DNA of 64,000 nucleotides from an uncultured Bacillota bacterium (GTDB taxonomy: Bacteria > Bacillota > Dehalobacteriia > UBA7702), in the NCBI GenBank assembly GCA_934702375.1, contig CAKUYE010000003.1, forward strand, positions 11,589-75,588, given 5' to 3'. Shown here in pieces: positions 55,889 through 64,000 of this stretch. The position numbers and the translations under genes are program-made. The notes beneath the pieces were generated by a model that worked only from the letters and a program-made list of their open reading frames with translations, ran no database searches and was not told the DNA's origin. Each line of letters opens with the position of its first letter. Positions within the stretch are counted from its first letter, which is position 1.

Positions 55889-56977
55889 ATGGCCACAAAA
55901 CCGATTGAGAAGGATACCAACGTATTCGTGACCGGGAACGAAGTCGTAGCTTGGGCAGCTCTGGCTGCCGATGCACAAATCATGTATGGCTACCCCATCA
56001 CACCTCAAAATGAAATTATGCACTATTGGACCAGATTGGCACCGAAATATGATCGCCACTTCCTCCAAACTGAGGATGAGCTTTCTGCCGGCTTTACTAC
56101 CTGCGGCGGTGTTATGACCGGTACCCGTGCATTTACCGCCACTGCCGGCCCCGGCACCATCTTGATGCAGGAACCGATCACCATGGCGGAAATGATGCGT
56201 ATTCCCCTTGTCGTTGTTGTTCAGCAGCGTGGGGGCCCCTCTACTGCAACGGTTATTTATTCCCAGCAGGAAGTAACTCTTTGCTGCTATGGCGGTAATG
56301 GGGAAGGTTTCCGTGTGGTTTATTCCACTTCCGGTCATCAGGATCTTTATGATTATACGATCAAAGCCTTTAATACTGCTTGGAAATACCAGGTTCCCAC
56401 CATTGTATTGGGCGATGGTTATCAGGCAAAAATGAGGGAAGCTGTTACCATGTACGATCCCGCCAGCCGTGGTATCGAAATGGAACCCACAACACCCTTT
56501 GTTGGTGCTCCCGGCTGCCCCGGTATTGACCGTGAACCCAGCTTCTATAGAAATACCTACAACACCGAAGAAGAGCTTCTTGATGTTGTTACCGATTTAA
56601 AAGCACATTATGAATCCTTCAAAGAAGAAGTGATTGAATACGAACAGATGGATGTGGAAGATGCCGAGATCGTTGTTGTCGGTCACGGTGTTGTAAGCCG
56701 TGCCTGCAAAGAAGCAGTCAAGATGCTGCGTAAGGAAGGCTATAAAGTTGGCTACTTCCGCCCCATTACCTTACGTCCTTTCCCCGATAAACAGCTTGCT
56801 GCTGCCGTCGAAGGGAAGAAGAATATTCTCGTTGTGGAAAGCGCCTTAGGTCAAATGAAGCGCTTTATTACCGAAGGTCTCTACGGTATGACCGTTCCTA
56901 TTTCCGAGTACTTTAAGCCCGGGAAAGGGGTCAGCTCCGATGAATTGGTAGACCATGTGAAAACCATGATGAAATAA
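55889..56977 (+). CDS. 2-oxoacid:ferredoxin oxidoreductase alpha subunit
   Basis: It reads GNEVVAWAALAADAQIMYGYPITPQNEI. Length is ~360 aa. An AAAGGAG RBS precedes the ATG at 55889. Confidence 0.9.
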   Translation: MATKPIEKDTNVFVTGNEVVAWAALAADAQIMYGYPITPQNEIMHYWTRLAPKYDRHFLQTEDELSAGFTTCGGVMTGTRAFTATAGPGTILMQEPITMAEMMRIPLVVVVQQRGGPSTATVIYSQQEVTLCCYGGNGEGFRVVYSTSGHQDLYDYTIKAFNTAWKYQVPTIVLGDGYQAKMREAVTMYDPASRGIEMEPTTPFVGAPGCPGIDREPSFYRNTYNTEEELLDVVTDLKAHYESFKEEVIEYEQMDVEDAEIVVVGHGVVSRACKEAVKMLRKEGYKVGYFRPITLRPFPDKQLAAAVEGKKNILVVESALGQMKRFITEGLYGMTVPISEYFKPGKGVSSDELVDHVKTMMK

Positions 56978-56992
56978 GGAGGGTTCGATTCA

Positions 56993-57763
56993 ATGGCTGT
57001 TGAACTTACTAATATTGCACCGCCAATGCCTGCTTGTTGGCGTAAAGAAACGAAAACGCATAAATTCTGCCCCGGTTGTGGTCATGGTATTGTATTGAAA
57101 GCTCTTGGCGAAGCCATCGACGAATTGGGGATTCAAGACCGAGTGATTTTCACCGTTGATATCGGCTGCTGTCTCTTGGCCATCGATTTTTTTGATATCG
57201 ATACCGTTCAGACCCACCATGGCCGTACCAATGCGGTTTGCACCGGGATCAAAAGAGCTACCCCCGATAAGATTTGTATCGCTTATATGGGCGATGGCGG
57301 CGGCTACGCTATCGGCTCTCAGCATCTTGTAAATGCGGCTGCCCGTAACGAAAAGATTACCTCGATTCTTGTAAACAATACCAACTATGGTATGACCGGC
57401 GGTCAGATGGCTCCCACGACTCTTCCCGGTCAGAAAACGGAAACCTCGCCCTATGGCCGAAGCGTAGAACAGCAGGGGGAACCGACTCATGGTCCCGAAA
57501 TGATTGCTGCCATGGCCGGTGAAGGCGCTTACGTTGCCCGCGGCACCGTATCCAAACCCAAACAGCTGAAAAAATATATCAAAAAAGCACTGGAAGCACA
57601 GATGAACGGCAGCGGCTTTGCCTTTGTGGAAGCTCTTTCCACCTGCCCCACCAACTGGGCCACCAATGCCAAAAAGACCTGGGCCTTCCTGGAAGACCAG
57701 ATGATGGCTGAATATCCCACCGGTGAATTTAAAGTCCCCGGAGAAGGAGGCAAAGCAGAATGA
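56993..57763 (+). CDS. 2-oxoacid:ferredoxin oxidoreductase beta (TPP-binding) subunit
   Basis: It reads FCPGCGHG, GDGGGYAIG and NNTNYGMTGGQ. Confidence 0.9.
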   Translation: MAVELTNIAPPMPACWRKETKTHKFCPGCGHGIVLKALGEAIDELGIQDRVIFTVDIGCCLLAIDFFDIDTVQTHHGRTNAVCTGIKRATPDKICIAYMGDGGGYAIGSQHLVNAAARNEKITSILVNNTNYGMTGGQMAPTTLPGQKTETSPYGRSVEQQGEPTHGPEMIAAMAGEGAYVARGTVSKPKQLKKYIKKALEAQMNGSGFAFVEALSTCPTNWATNAKKTWAFLEDQMMAEYPTGEFKVPGEGGKAE

Positions 57764-58326
57764 GTGATCTGAAAAGAATCATGCTCGCCGGTGAAGGCGG
57801 CCAGGGCGTACAGTCTGTTGCAATGATCCTGTCGGAAGCTTCCTACAAAGCAGGAAAACAGGTCATGTATATCCCCAATTTCGGCGTAGAACAGCGCGGC
57901 GGTGTATCCGTGGCTTTTATGCAGATCTCTTCCGATGTGATCGGTTCGCCGAAATTTGATAATGCCGATATTATCGTTGCTTTGAGCGACCGTGCCGTGA
58001 AACGTGTGCAGATGTTTGCCAAACCCAACACGATCTATGTTTATGATTCCGCAATTTCCGAAGAAGCCAGAAAGGACCTGCCCAAGGAAGGCGAAGTTGC
58101 CAAACTGGTAGAAATTTCCGCCCAGGAAATCGCCAATACCGAGCTCCATGTTCGCGTTTTCAACGTGATCATCATGGGTGCTGTTTTGGGGCTTACCGAT
58201 ATAGTTTCCATCGATGCCATTAAAGAGTCTTTGGATAAGAAATTTGCGAAGAAATTTGAAGCGAATCCCGCTCTGCGTGATATGAACTATACCGCGCTGA
58301 TCCGAGGGATGGAGCTTGTTCGCTAA
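57760..58326 (+). CDS. 2-oxoacid:ferredoxin oxidoreductase gamma subunit
   Basis: It overlaps the beta stop. It reads GEGGQGVQS...GVEQRGG. Confidence 0.9.
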   Translation: MSDLKRIMLAGEGGQGVQSVAMILSEASYKAGKQVMYIPNFGVEQRGGVSVAFMQISSDVIGSPKFDNADIIVALSDRAVKRVQMFAKPNTIYVYDSAISEEARKDLPKEGEVAKLVEISAQEIANTELHVRVFNVIIMGAVLGLTDIVSIDAIKESLDKKFAKKFEANPALRDMNYTALIRGMELVR

Positions 58327-58337
58327 GGGAGGTAACG

Positions 58338-58580
58338 ATGAGAGAATTCAAATCTGTAATGACCGAATGCGGTAAAGGTAAATTCTATCTCTTTACCGAA
58401 CTTTGCAAAGGCTGCGGCCTCTGCATTGAAAAATGCCCGAAAAATGCTATTGGCTGGGCCGATCGCCTTGGGATTTATGGTGCACCTACCGTAGAACCCG
58501 GCCATGGCGATGATTGCAACGCCTGCAAAACCTGCCAGACGATTTGCCCCGAATGCGCAATTTTGATCGAAAAGATCTGA
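58338..58580 (+). CDS. 4Fe-4S ferredoxin (OFOR delta subunit)
   Basis: It has two CxxCxxCxxxCP motifs (CKGCGLCIEKCP, CNACKTCQTICP). Confidence 0.85.
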   Translation: MREFKSVMTECGKGKFYLFTELCKGCGLCIEKCPKNAIGWADRLGIYGAPTVEPGHGDDCNACKTCQTICPECAILIEKI

Positions 58581-58672
58581 GTTTGAGGCGGTAATACGAG
58601 TTGAAAGTCCACCTGATATCTTTGATCGGGTGGACTTTACTTAAAACAATACTTTTATAAAGGAGAATAATC

Positions 58673-59503
58673 ATGGCTGATAAAAATGTTTATGTGATTA
58701 CCGGTGGTGCCGGCGGCATTGGTCTTGCCGCTGCAAAGCAGTTTACGGATGGCATTGTTATGATCTCCGATGTTAATGCCGCTGCATTGGAAAAAGGAAA
58801 AGATGTTCTTACCTCTGCGGGAATCGAAGCCGTAACGAAAGTGTGCGATATTTCTGACCGCGCCCAGGTTGAAGCAATGGCGAAAGAAGCCGCCGCTCTT
58901 GGAAATGTGAAGGGTGTTGTTCATTCTGCCGGTGTTTCCGGTGACTGCGGCAAGTTGGATCTGGTATTAAAAATCGATCTTTTAGGTACTTACTACCTCA
59001 TTGAAGAATTTTTGAAAGTTATGGGTCAGGGAGGCTCCATGGTGTTGATCTCCTCTATGATGGCCGATGTAATTCCGCCCAATCCCGAACAGGATGCCTT
59101 GCTTGCCGCTCCGGATCAGGATGGCATTTTGGAAAAGCTTGCGCCTTTCTGCAATAATGACCCCCACTATGCTTACGATGTGACAAAACGCGGTGTTCGT
59201 TTAATGGCACAAAAATATGCCGCAGCCTTTGGGAAGAAGGGGGTTCGTATCAACTCTGTTTCCCCGGGAGTTATCATGACGGAAATGGCAATGAAGGCAG
59301 CAGAGGAGCATCCGGAACAGATGAAATTCATGGAATCCGTGGCACCTCTCGGTCGAAACGGCCGCCCCGAGGAAATTGCCGATGTTGTTTCTTATCTCTG
59401 CTCCGATAAAGCATCCTTCATTACCGGCATTGATATCAAAGCTGATGGCGGCGCTATGAATGCTGTGATTGAATTTAAAAAACGACAGGCCGCTGCAAAA
59501 TAA
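58673..59503 (+). CDS. SDR-family oxidoreductase
   Basis: It has the Rossmann motif TGGAGGIG, the catalytic Y..K (YDVTKRG) and PG.I.T. Confidence 0.9.
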   Translation: MADKNVYVITGGAGGIGLAAAKQFTDGIVMISDVNAAALEKGKDVLTSAGIEAVTKVCDISDRAQVEAMAKEAAALGNVKGVVHSAGVSGDCGKLDLVLKIDLLGTYYLIEEFLKVMGQGGSMVLISSMMADVIPPNPEQDALLAAPDQDGILEKLAPFCNNDPHYAYDVTKRGVRLMAQKYAAAFGKKGVRINSVSPGVIMTEMAMKAAEEHPEQMKFMESVAPLGRNGRPEEIADVVSYLCSDKASFITGIDIKADGGAMNAVIEFKKRQAAAK

Positions 59504-59528
59504 CGGCCTGTGAAATGAGGTTTTTCTC

Positions 59529-60524
59529 TTGAGTTTTCAGCTCGTAGAAATGTATGTGATTTGGCTGGTCTTTTACGGTGTGGTCGGTTGGCTTTACGAA
59601 AGTTTTATCTGCTCTGTAGATGCCCGCAAATGGATTAATCGCGGTTTTTTAAACGGTCCCTATTGTCCGATCTATGGATTTGGCGCTGTATTTGATATCC
59701 TTTTGTTGGGGCATATCCAAAATCCGGTGGCATTGTTTTTCCTTGGAGTCGTTGTAACTTGCTCTTTGGAGTATCTGACTTCTTATCTGATGGAAAAATT
59801 GTTCCATGCTCGGTGGTGGGATTATTCGGAACGAAAATTTAATATCAACGGACGTGTCTGTCTTCTCGGTGCCGTGGTATTCGGTCTTTTTTCCGTGGTT
59901 CTTATTAAGGTGATCCATCCCATCGTGGTTTATTATACCGAGCTTTTGCCGGCTTGGGCCATTCATTGTTTGGCAGCATTTTTGTTTCTCGGTGTGGCGG
60001 TGGATACCATCGTTACCGTTGGCGGCTTTGCCGGTTTCAATGAACGGTTGAAGGAATTTGAATCTGCGGTAGAGCAGGCAAAAGCCGAAAGTCCACGTTA
60101 CCAGGAGCTTTCCGCAAACCTGGAACGATTGAAGGAAGAAGCCGGAGAAAAATTACGTACCGCTCTGGCGGCGGAAAAACGCAAAGTTTCTTTGGCCGTT
60201 GTTCGTGGCGAATATCGTCCTTTTGCCAAAGGGCTTAATGGTCAGCAACGCCGTATGCTCAAGGCCTTTCCCCATTTGAGATCGGTTTCTCATAACAATG
60301 CATTGAAGGATCTGCGAGAAGCCTTGAAAAATTTAGATCTGAAGGAAAAGCTTGAAGAAAAGAAAGAAGCCTTGGAAACAAAACTGGATTCCAAAAAGGA
60401 AGAGATCTCCACAATGATTGACTCCAAAAAGGATGTTTTGGAAAACAAGCTCACTTCTCAAAAAGAGCTTTTCGATACGAAATTGGAACAGAAAAAAGAA
60501 GAGATTCGCCGAAAAAAAGAATAA
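59529..60524 (+). CDS. membrane protein (putative ABC-transporter type IV/CmpB-like) with Lys/Glu coiled-coil tail
   Basis: The N-terminal part reads GWLYES....RGFLNGPYCPIYGFGAV. The C-terminal ~150 aa have repetitive K/E heptad-like sequence. The start is TTG 59529 or ATG 59550. Confidence 0.75.
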   Translation: MSFQLVEMYVIWLVFYGVVGWLYESFICSVDARKWINRGFLNGPYCPIYGFGAVFDILLLGHIQNPVALFFLGVVVTCSLEYLTSYLMEKLFHARWWDYSERKFNINGRVCLLGAVVFGLFSVVLIKVIHPIVVYYTELLPAWAIHCLAAFLFLGVAVDTIVTVGGFAGFNERLKEFESAVEQAKAESPRYQELSANLERLKEEAGEKLRTALAAEKRKVSLAVVRGEYRPFAKGLNGQQRRMLKAFPHLRSVSHNNALKDLREALKNLDLKEKLEEKKEALETKLDSKKEEISTMIDSKKDVLENKLTSQKELFDTKLEQKKEEIRRKKE

Positions 60525-60546
60525 TGTTTTTTACTGCTTCCCTTGT

Positions 60547-60660
60547 GATATGTACCCCAATACTGAGTGTCCGGTATTGGGGTACATATCAATTTGTCAA
60601 TGCCTTTTCTAACCGTTTTCTGACCAAATCTAACCATAAAGGTGGTTAGATTTGGTTAGA
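60547..60660. repeat. two long inverted repeats between convergent operons
   Basis: The first is a 17-bp perfect IR GATATGTACCCCAATAC/GTATTGGGGTACATATC (60547-60590). The second is a 13-bp IR CCAAATCTAACCA/TGGTTAGATTTGG (60624-60655). The second contains TCTAACC x2 and GGTTAGA x2. Confidence 0.7.
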
Positions 60661-60676
60661 AAAACATTTTTGCAGG

Positions 60677-60856
60677 TTATTGCTTGCGTGCCAGGGCGTA
60701 GTCGTCCAGAAAGCGGTAGTAGGGGCAGCTTTCTGTGGCGTAGCTGAGGAAATCTTCCATTTCATCCTGATCCAGATCCACCAGACAGATATAGCAATCG
60801 CTGAAATCATCGTAGATGTAGTTCATGCAGTCATCGCAACAGCATTTTTTACTCAT
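60677..60856 (-). CDS. small acidic cysteine-rich protein (59 aa)
   Basis: It reads MSKKCCCDDCMNYIYDDFSDCYICL...SCPYY. Its ATG overlaps the upstream stop (ATGAGTAA), which suggests translational coupling. Confidence 0.6.
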   Translation of the reverse strand: MSKKCCCDDCMNYIYDDFSDCYICLVDLDQDEMEDFLSYATESCPYYRFLDDYALARKQ

Positions 60857-61592
60857 GACATTCCTCCTCGGAGAGATACCCCTTTTCTCTTTCCAGAATG
60901 GCCGGGTTGGCTGCCAGCTCTCCGGTGGCATGGACGATGATTCCGCTTTGCAGTAAATCTTCCTGCCCTTCGGGAACGAGCTTGTCCGGGAATACGATCT
61001 CGATGTCGCCCTGCTCTGTATGGAGCAGACCAAACAGGAAACGGGTCATGGTGCCGCCCATGTAAGTGGTTTCTCCTCGGCGGAAGCCGATGGCTTCGCC
61101 CCAAATATCTACGGTATCCCCTTCTGCCGGGGTGATTTTACCCAAGGCTTCTCCTGCCTTTTCCGCGGCTTCCGCCGGGGGGTAAAAGGCAAGGGTTTCG
61201 GGATAGGCGGCGACTTGAACTTTAAGGGTGGTACCTTCGCGGTAGTCCGTCAGAATATCGCCGTTGATCAGGGGGAGGGGCAGAATTTCGCCGTTGTTAT
61301 CAATGATTAGGGTTTTGGCGGTGATGTCCTCCGACTCTTTGCATCCTTGAATTGTGCAGTCCCAAAGGCAGCAGCCTTTGGCGTGGGAATCAAAGCCGGT
61401 GATATAATCCAGGTCTTTTTCTTTGTCGTAAGCGGTACGGATTACGAGAATCATATCGCCCATATGAAAATTGATATAGTTGCCGTGGGCACCGGGGATC
61501 TTAACTCCCTTGGTCACGGCTTTTTTTACGATTTTCCCAAAAAGATCCGGTGTGAGAAAATCCAGTTGAAAGCTTTGCAGATGATCGGGCAT
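60849..61592 (-). CDS. hypothetical protein (247 aa), no family recognised
   Basis: This is a clean ORF with AGGAG upstream. It contains a CCLWDCTIQGC cysteine cluster. Confidence 0.75.
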   Translation of the reverse strand: MPDHLQSFQLDFLTPDLFGKIVKKAVTKGVKIPGAHGNYINFHMGDMILVIRTAYDKEKDLDYITGFDSHAKGCCLWDCTIQGCKESEDITAKTLIIDNNGEILPLPLINGDILTDYREGTTLKVQVAAYPETLAFYPPAEAAEKAGEALGKITPAEGDTVDIWGEAIGFRRGETTYMGGTMTRFLFGLLHTEQGDIEIVFPDKLVPEGQEDLLQSGIIVHATGELAANPAILEREKGYLSEEECHE

Positions 61593-61708
61593 GGTGCAGC
61601 TCCTTTATTTTGATATAGTCTGTAAAAGAAAGTATAACGGAATTTATCCCTTTTTTCAATAGACGCTGTTGTTTTCTTTTGTTATAATAGAAAAATAAAG
61701 GGGGCAAT

Positions 61709-62035
61709 ATGGCTTATCTGTACATTGTGTTATGCGAGGGAAATACATATTATACAGGCATTGCGGTAGATATCAATCGTCGCCTGGCAGAACATATGGA
61801 GCGTGGAAAAAAGTGCGCACGGTACACTCGGGCACACCCGGTGAAAAGGCTTGTCGCCTTGTGGCAAACGGATAGCTATGCCCATGCCGCAAAGGGAGAA
61901 TATGCGGTAAAAAAACTTTCCCGCTCAAAAAAAGAGTACCTTATCCGCCACCCTGAGCAGCTGTGTTTGATGTGTCCGGCATTAAATCTCCTGGAGTTTA
62001 AAGTATGTGAATTTGCGGCTTTGGATGGTGAATAA
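61709..62035 (+). CDS. GIY-YIG nuclease superfamily protein (UPF0213-like)
   Basis: It reads YLYIVLCEGNTYYTGIAVDINRRLAEH. Confidence 0.85.
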   Translation: MAYLYIVLCEGNTYYTGIAVDINRRLAEHMERGKKCARYTRAHPVKRLVALWQTDSYAHAAKGEYAVKKLSRSKKEYLIRHPEQLCLMCPALNLLEFKVCEFAALDGE

Positions 62036-62065
62036 TTTTCTCCGAATTAATTTCAGGTAAAAATA

Positions 62066-62094
62066 TTGACATTTCGCTGTAGCTGTGGTATAAT
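62066..62094 (+). promoter_or_regulatory. strong promoter TTGACA-17-(TGg)TATAAT
   Basis: It has consensus -35 and extended -10 elements, ~300 nt upstream of the alcohol dehydrogenase ATG. Confidence 0.65.
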
Positions 62095-62395
62095 TATATA
62101 CAGATAGAAAATACCCGGCGGCGGTGTGCCGAGTCGTTGTCCGGGGTTATGGTTCATAAAAGGGAAAAGAATGAAAATTAAATATTTATGAAATTGGCTG
62201 TTATATTATGCATGAAATGGAGCGACGCTCCATTTCATGCCGCAGTCTCTTACTTCGCTCATTTATGTTTGGCAGAATTCTTATGGGAAAAGCACTTTTG
62301 GCCGGCCCCAAAGCGTTTTCCGTGGGTAAAAGAGTGTTTTTTTATTGCAAATTAGCCGAAGGGGTTGCCCTGAGGCATTAGGAGGTAGATTTATT

Positions 62396-63550
62396 ATGAC
62401 AGTATCTTATTTCATGCCGAATCGTAGTTATTTTGGCGCCGGGTGCATCGCAGAGCTGAGCGGCTTGTCTCAAAGCTTTGGGATGAAAAAACCGATGATC
62501 GTAACGGATCATGTTTTAGCGGAGTTGGGCATGGTCGATAAGATCCGGGCAATACTTGATGATGCCGGGATCGAGTGCGATGTGTTTGCTCAGGTCGAGC
62601 CAAATCCTACCGATACTACGGTTGCAAAAGGTGTCGCGCAATATCAAGCCCAGGGCTGTGACGGTTTGATTTCATTGGGTGGTGGTTCTCCCCATGATTG
62701 TGCGAAAGCGATTGGCATCGTTCTTGCCAACGGTGGAACGATCCGAGACTATGAGGGTGTTGATAAATCAACAAAGAATATGGTTCCGTTTGTTGCCGTG
62801 AATACGACGGCGGGTACTGCAGCGGAAATGACACGTTTTGCGATCATCACGGACACCGATCGTCATGTGAAAATGCCCATTATTGACTGGCGCACAACGC
62901 CTTTGGCTGCAATCAACGATCCGGAATTTATGATTGGAATGCCTACATCTCTTACGGCTGCAACCGGTATGGATGCTTTGACCCATGCCATCGAAGCCTA
63001 TGTGTCTACCGCAGCGAATCCTCTCACTGATTGTGCAGCCTTAAAGGCGATAACTATGATTGCCGAATTTTTGCCGAGAGCATTTGCCAATGGTGAAGAT
63101 CTGGAAGCCAGAGATCAAATGGCATATGCTCAATATCTTGCCGGCGTTGCATTTAATAATGCTTCCCTTGGGTATGTTCATGCGATGGCACACCAGCTGG
63201 GTGGAATGTATGATTTACCCCACGGCGTTTGCAATGCGGTATTGCTGCCCCATGTATGCGAATTTAATATCGTTGCTCGTATGGAGCGGTTTGCGGATAT
63301 TGCAGCTGCTCTCGGAGAAGAAGTGGAAGGCCTTGCACCCTATGAAGCTGCGGTAAAAGCCATTGAAGCCGTTAAAAAATTGAATCGTCTTTTAGAAATT
63401 CCCAGGAATTTAGAGGAACTGGGAGTCAAACCGGAGGACTTCTCTGTTATGGCAGATCATGCCAAAGCCGATGCCTGCTGCCTCACGAATCCTCGAAAGG
63501 CAACAAAAGAGCAGGTTATTGACATCTATCGTCGAGCTTACGAAGGATAA
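62396..63550 (+). CDS. iron-containing (group III) alcohol dehydrogenase (FucO/DhaT-like)
   Basis: It reads GGGSPHDCAKAI, TTAGTAAEMT and HAMAHQLGG..D.PHG. AGGAGG precedes the ATG at 62396. Confidence 0.9.
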   Translation: MTVSYFMPNRSYFGAGCIAELSGLSQSFGMKKPMIVTDHVLAELGMVDKIRAILDDAGIECDVFAQVEPNPTDTTVAKGVAQYQAQGCDGLISLGGGSPHDCAKAIGIVLANGGTIRDYEGVDKSTKNMVPFVAVNTTAGTAAEMTRFAIITDTDRHVKMPIIDWRTTPLAAINDPEFMIGMPTSLTAATGMDALTHAIEAYVSTAANPLTDCAALKAITMIAEFLPRAFANGEDLEARDQMAYAQYLAGVAFNNASLGYVHAMAHQLGGMYDLPHGVCNAVLLPHVCEFNIVARMERFADIAAALGEEVEGLAPYEAAVKAIEAVKKLNRLLEIPRNLEELGVKPEDFSVMADHAKADACCLTNPRKATKEQVIDIYRRAYEG

Positions 63551-63627
63551 AAACCGTGAAAGCAGCTCCGAAAAGATTTCGGGGCTGCTTTTTTGTCAAT
63601 GATTGAGAAAAATTTGTCGATTTTGGT

Positions 63628-63656
63628 TGACATGATTTTTTGTTTTTGGTATAATC
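63628..63656 (+). promoter_or_regulatory. promoter TTGACA-17-(TGg)TATAAT for the cobalamin riboswitch unit
   Basis: The -35 is at 63628-33 and the -10 at 63651-56. Confidence 0.6.
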
Positions 63657-63677
63657 TTCTATAATGAAATGAAATAT

Positions 63678-63836
63678 GTTTTACGGTGCCTCGGGAGAGG
63701 AGAATAGGGAAACAGGTTAGATTCCTGTACGGACCCGCCGCTGTGAGCAGCTGTTGATACCGCATAATGCCATTGCGAAAGCGAGAAGGCGCGGCAATTC
63801 GGATAAAGCTGTAAGTCAGAAGACCTGCCATAAAAC
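63678..63836 (+). promoter_or_regulatory. cobalamin (B12) riboswitch
   Basis: It reads AAUAGGGAAACAGGUUAGAUUCCUGUACGGACCCGCCGCUGU, then GCCAUUGCGAAAGCGAGAAGG, then the B12 box AAGUCAGAAGACCUGCC. The closing stem is GUUUUA/UAAAAC. Confidence 0.85.
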
Positions 63837-63857
63837 GAATGATCTCGAAATGAAGGT

Positions 63858-63910
63858 AAAGTTTCGGTAGAATGTGTTCTTTTCGCATTCCACCGAAACT
63901 TTTTTATTTT
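63858..63910 (+). terminator. riboswitch expression-platform terminator
   Basis: The stem GTTTCGGT/ACCGAAAC is followed by a T-run. GGAGG and a start codon (GTG 63931 or ATG 63950) follow, opening a gene that runs off the window. Confidence 0.75.
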
Positions 63911-64000
63911 GCCCAATGGAGGATTTGAGCTGTGTGTACCGATATCGTTATGGACGTAAAAATTGACCGATTGACCTTTCCGCCATCGGAACAAGCCGTG

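Overview
This is a chromosomal segment from a Gram-positive anaerobe that looks Clostridia-like: SLH-anchored surface proteins, DegV paralogs, a 2-oxoacid:ferredoxin oxidoreductase and a class II B12-dependent RNR. All homology calls were made by eye from the ORF translations, with no searches run. Most of the window is ordinary housekeeping. This includes nrdJ, aroK, ogt, crcB with a fluoride riboswitch, ftsEX with an M23 activator and an S41 protease, a cysteine desulfurase with thiI, rnr-smpB, a Bce-like two-component system plus ABC module, a four-subunit OFOR and an Fe-ADH. Four places are not ordinary. (1) At 24.7-31.2 kb a cobalamin-riboswitch-like leader with its own terminator precedes a ~2000-aa secreted protein. 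Its C-terminal part looks like a transcobalamin-type module (alpha/alpha toroid plus DUF4430) but is split by a frameshift. I read this as a candidate surface B12-capture system. (2) At 19.64-20.34 kb there are two tandem paralogous cloverleaf-like RNA elements with compensatory base changes. They have promoters on both strands and minus-strand terminators, and they sit directly upstream of a 1165-aa CHAP/C-type-lectin/Big_2/SLH surface protein gene. (3) At 24.22-24.58 kb there are three tandem ~120-bp structured repeats with covarying stems, just downstream of a decayed ABC exporter gene and followed by a G13 tract. (4) Several regulatory details are visible: a MerR-type promoter with a 19-bp spacer for an SMR pump, twin palindromic operators at an XRE promoter, and a second, canonical cobalamin riboswitch at the window end. 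No rRNA, tRNA, CRISPR array or transposase was seen.
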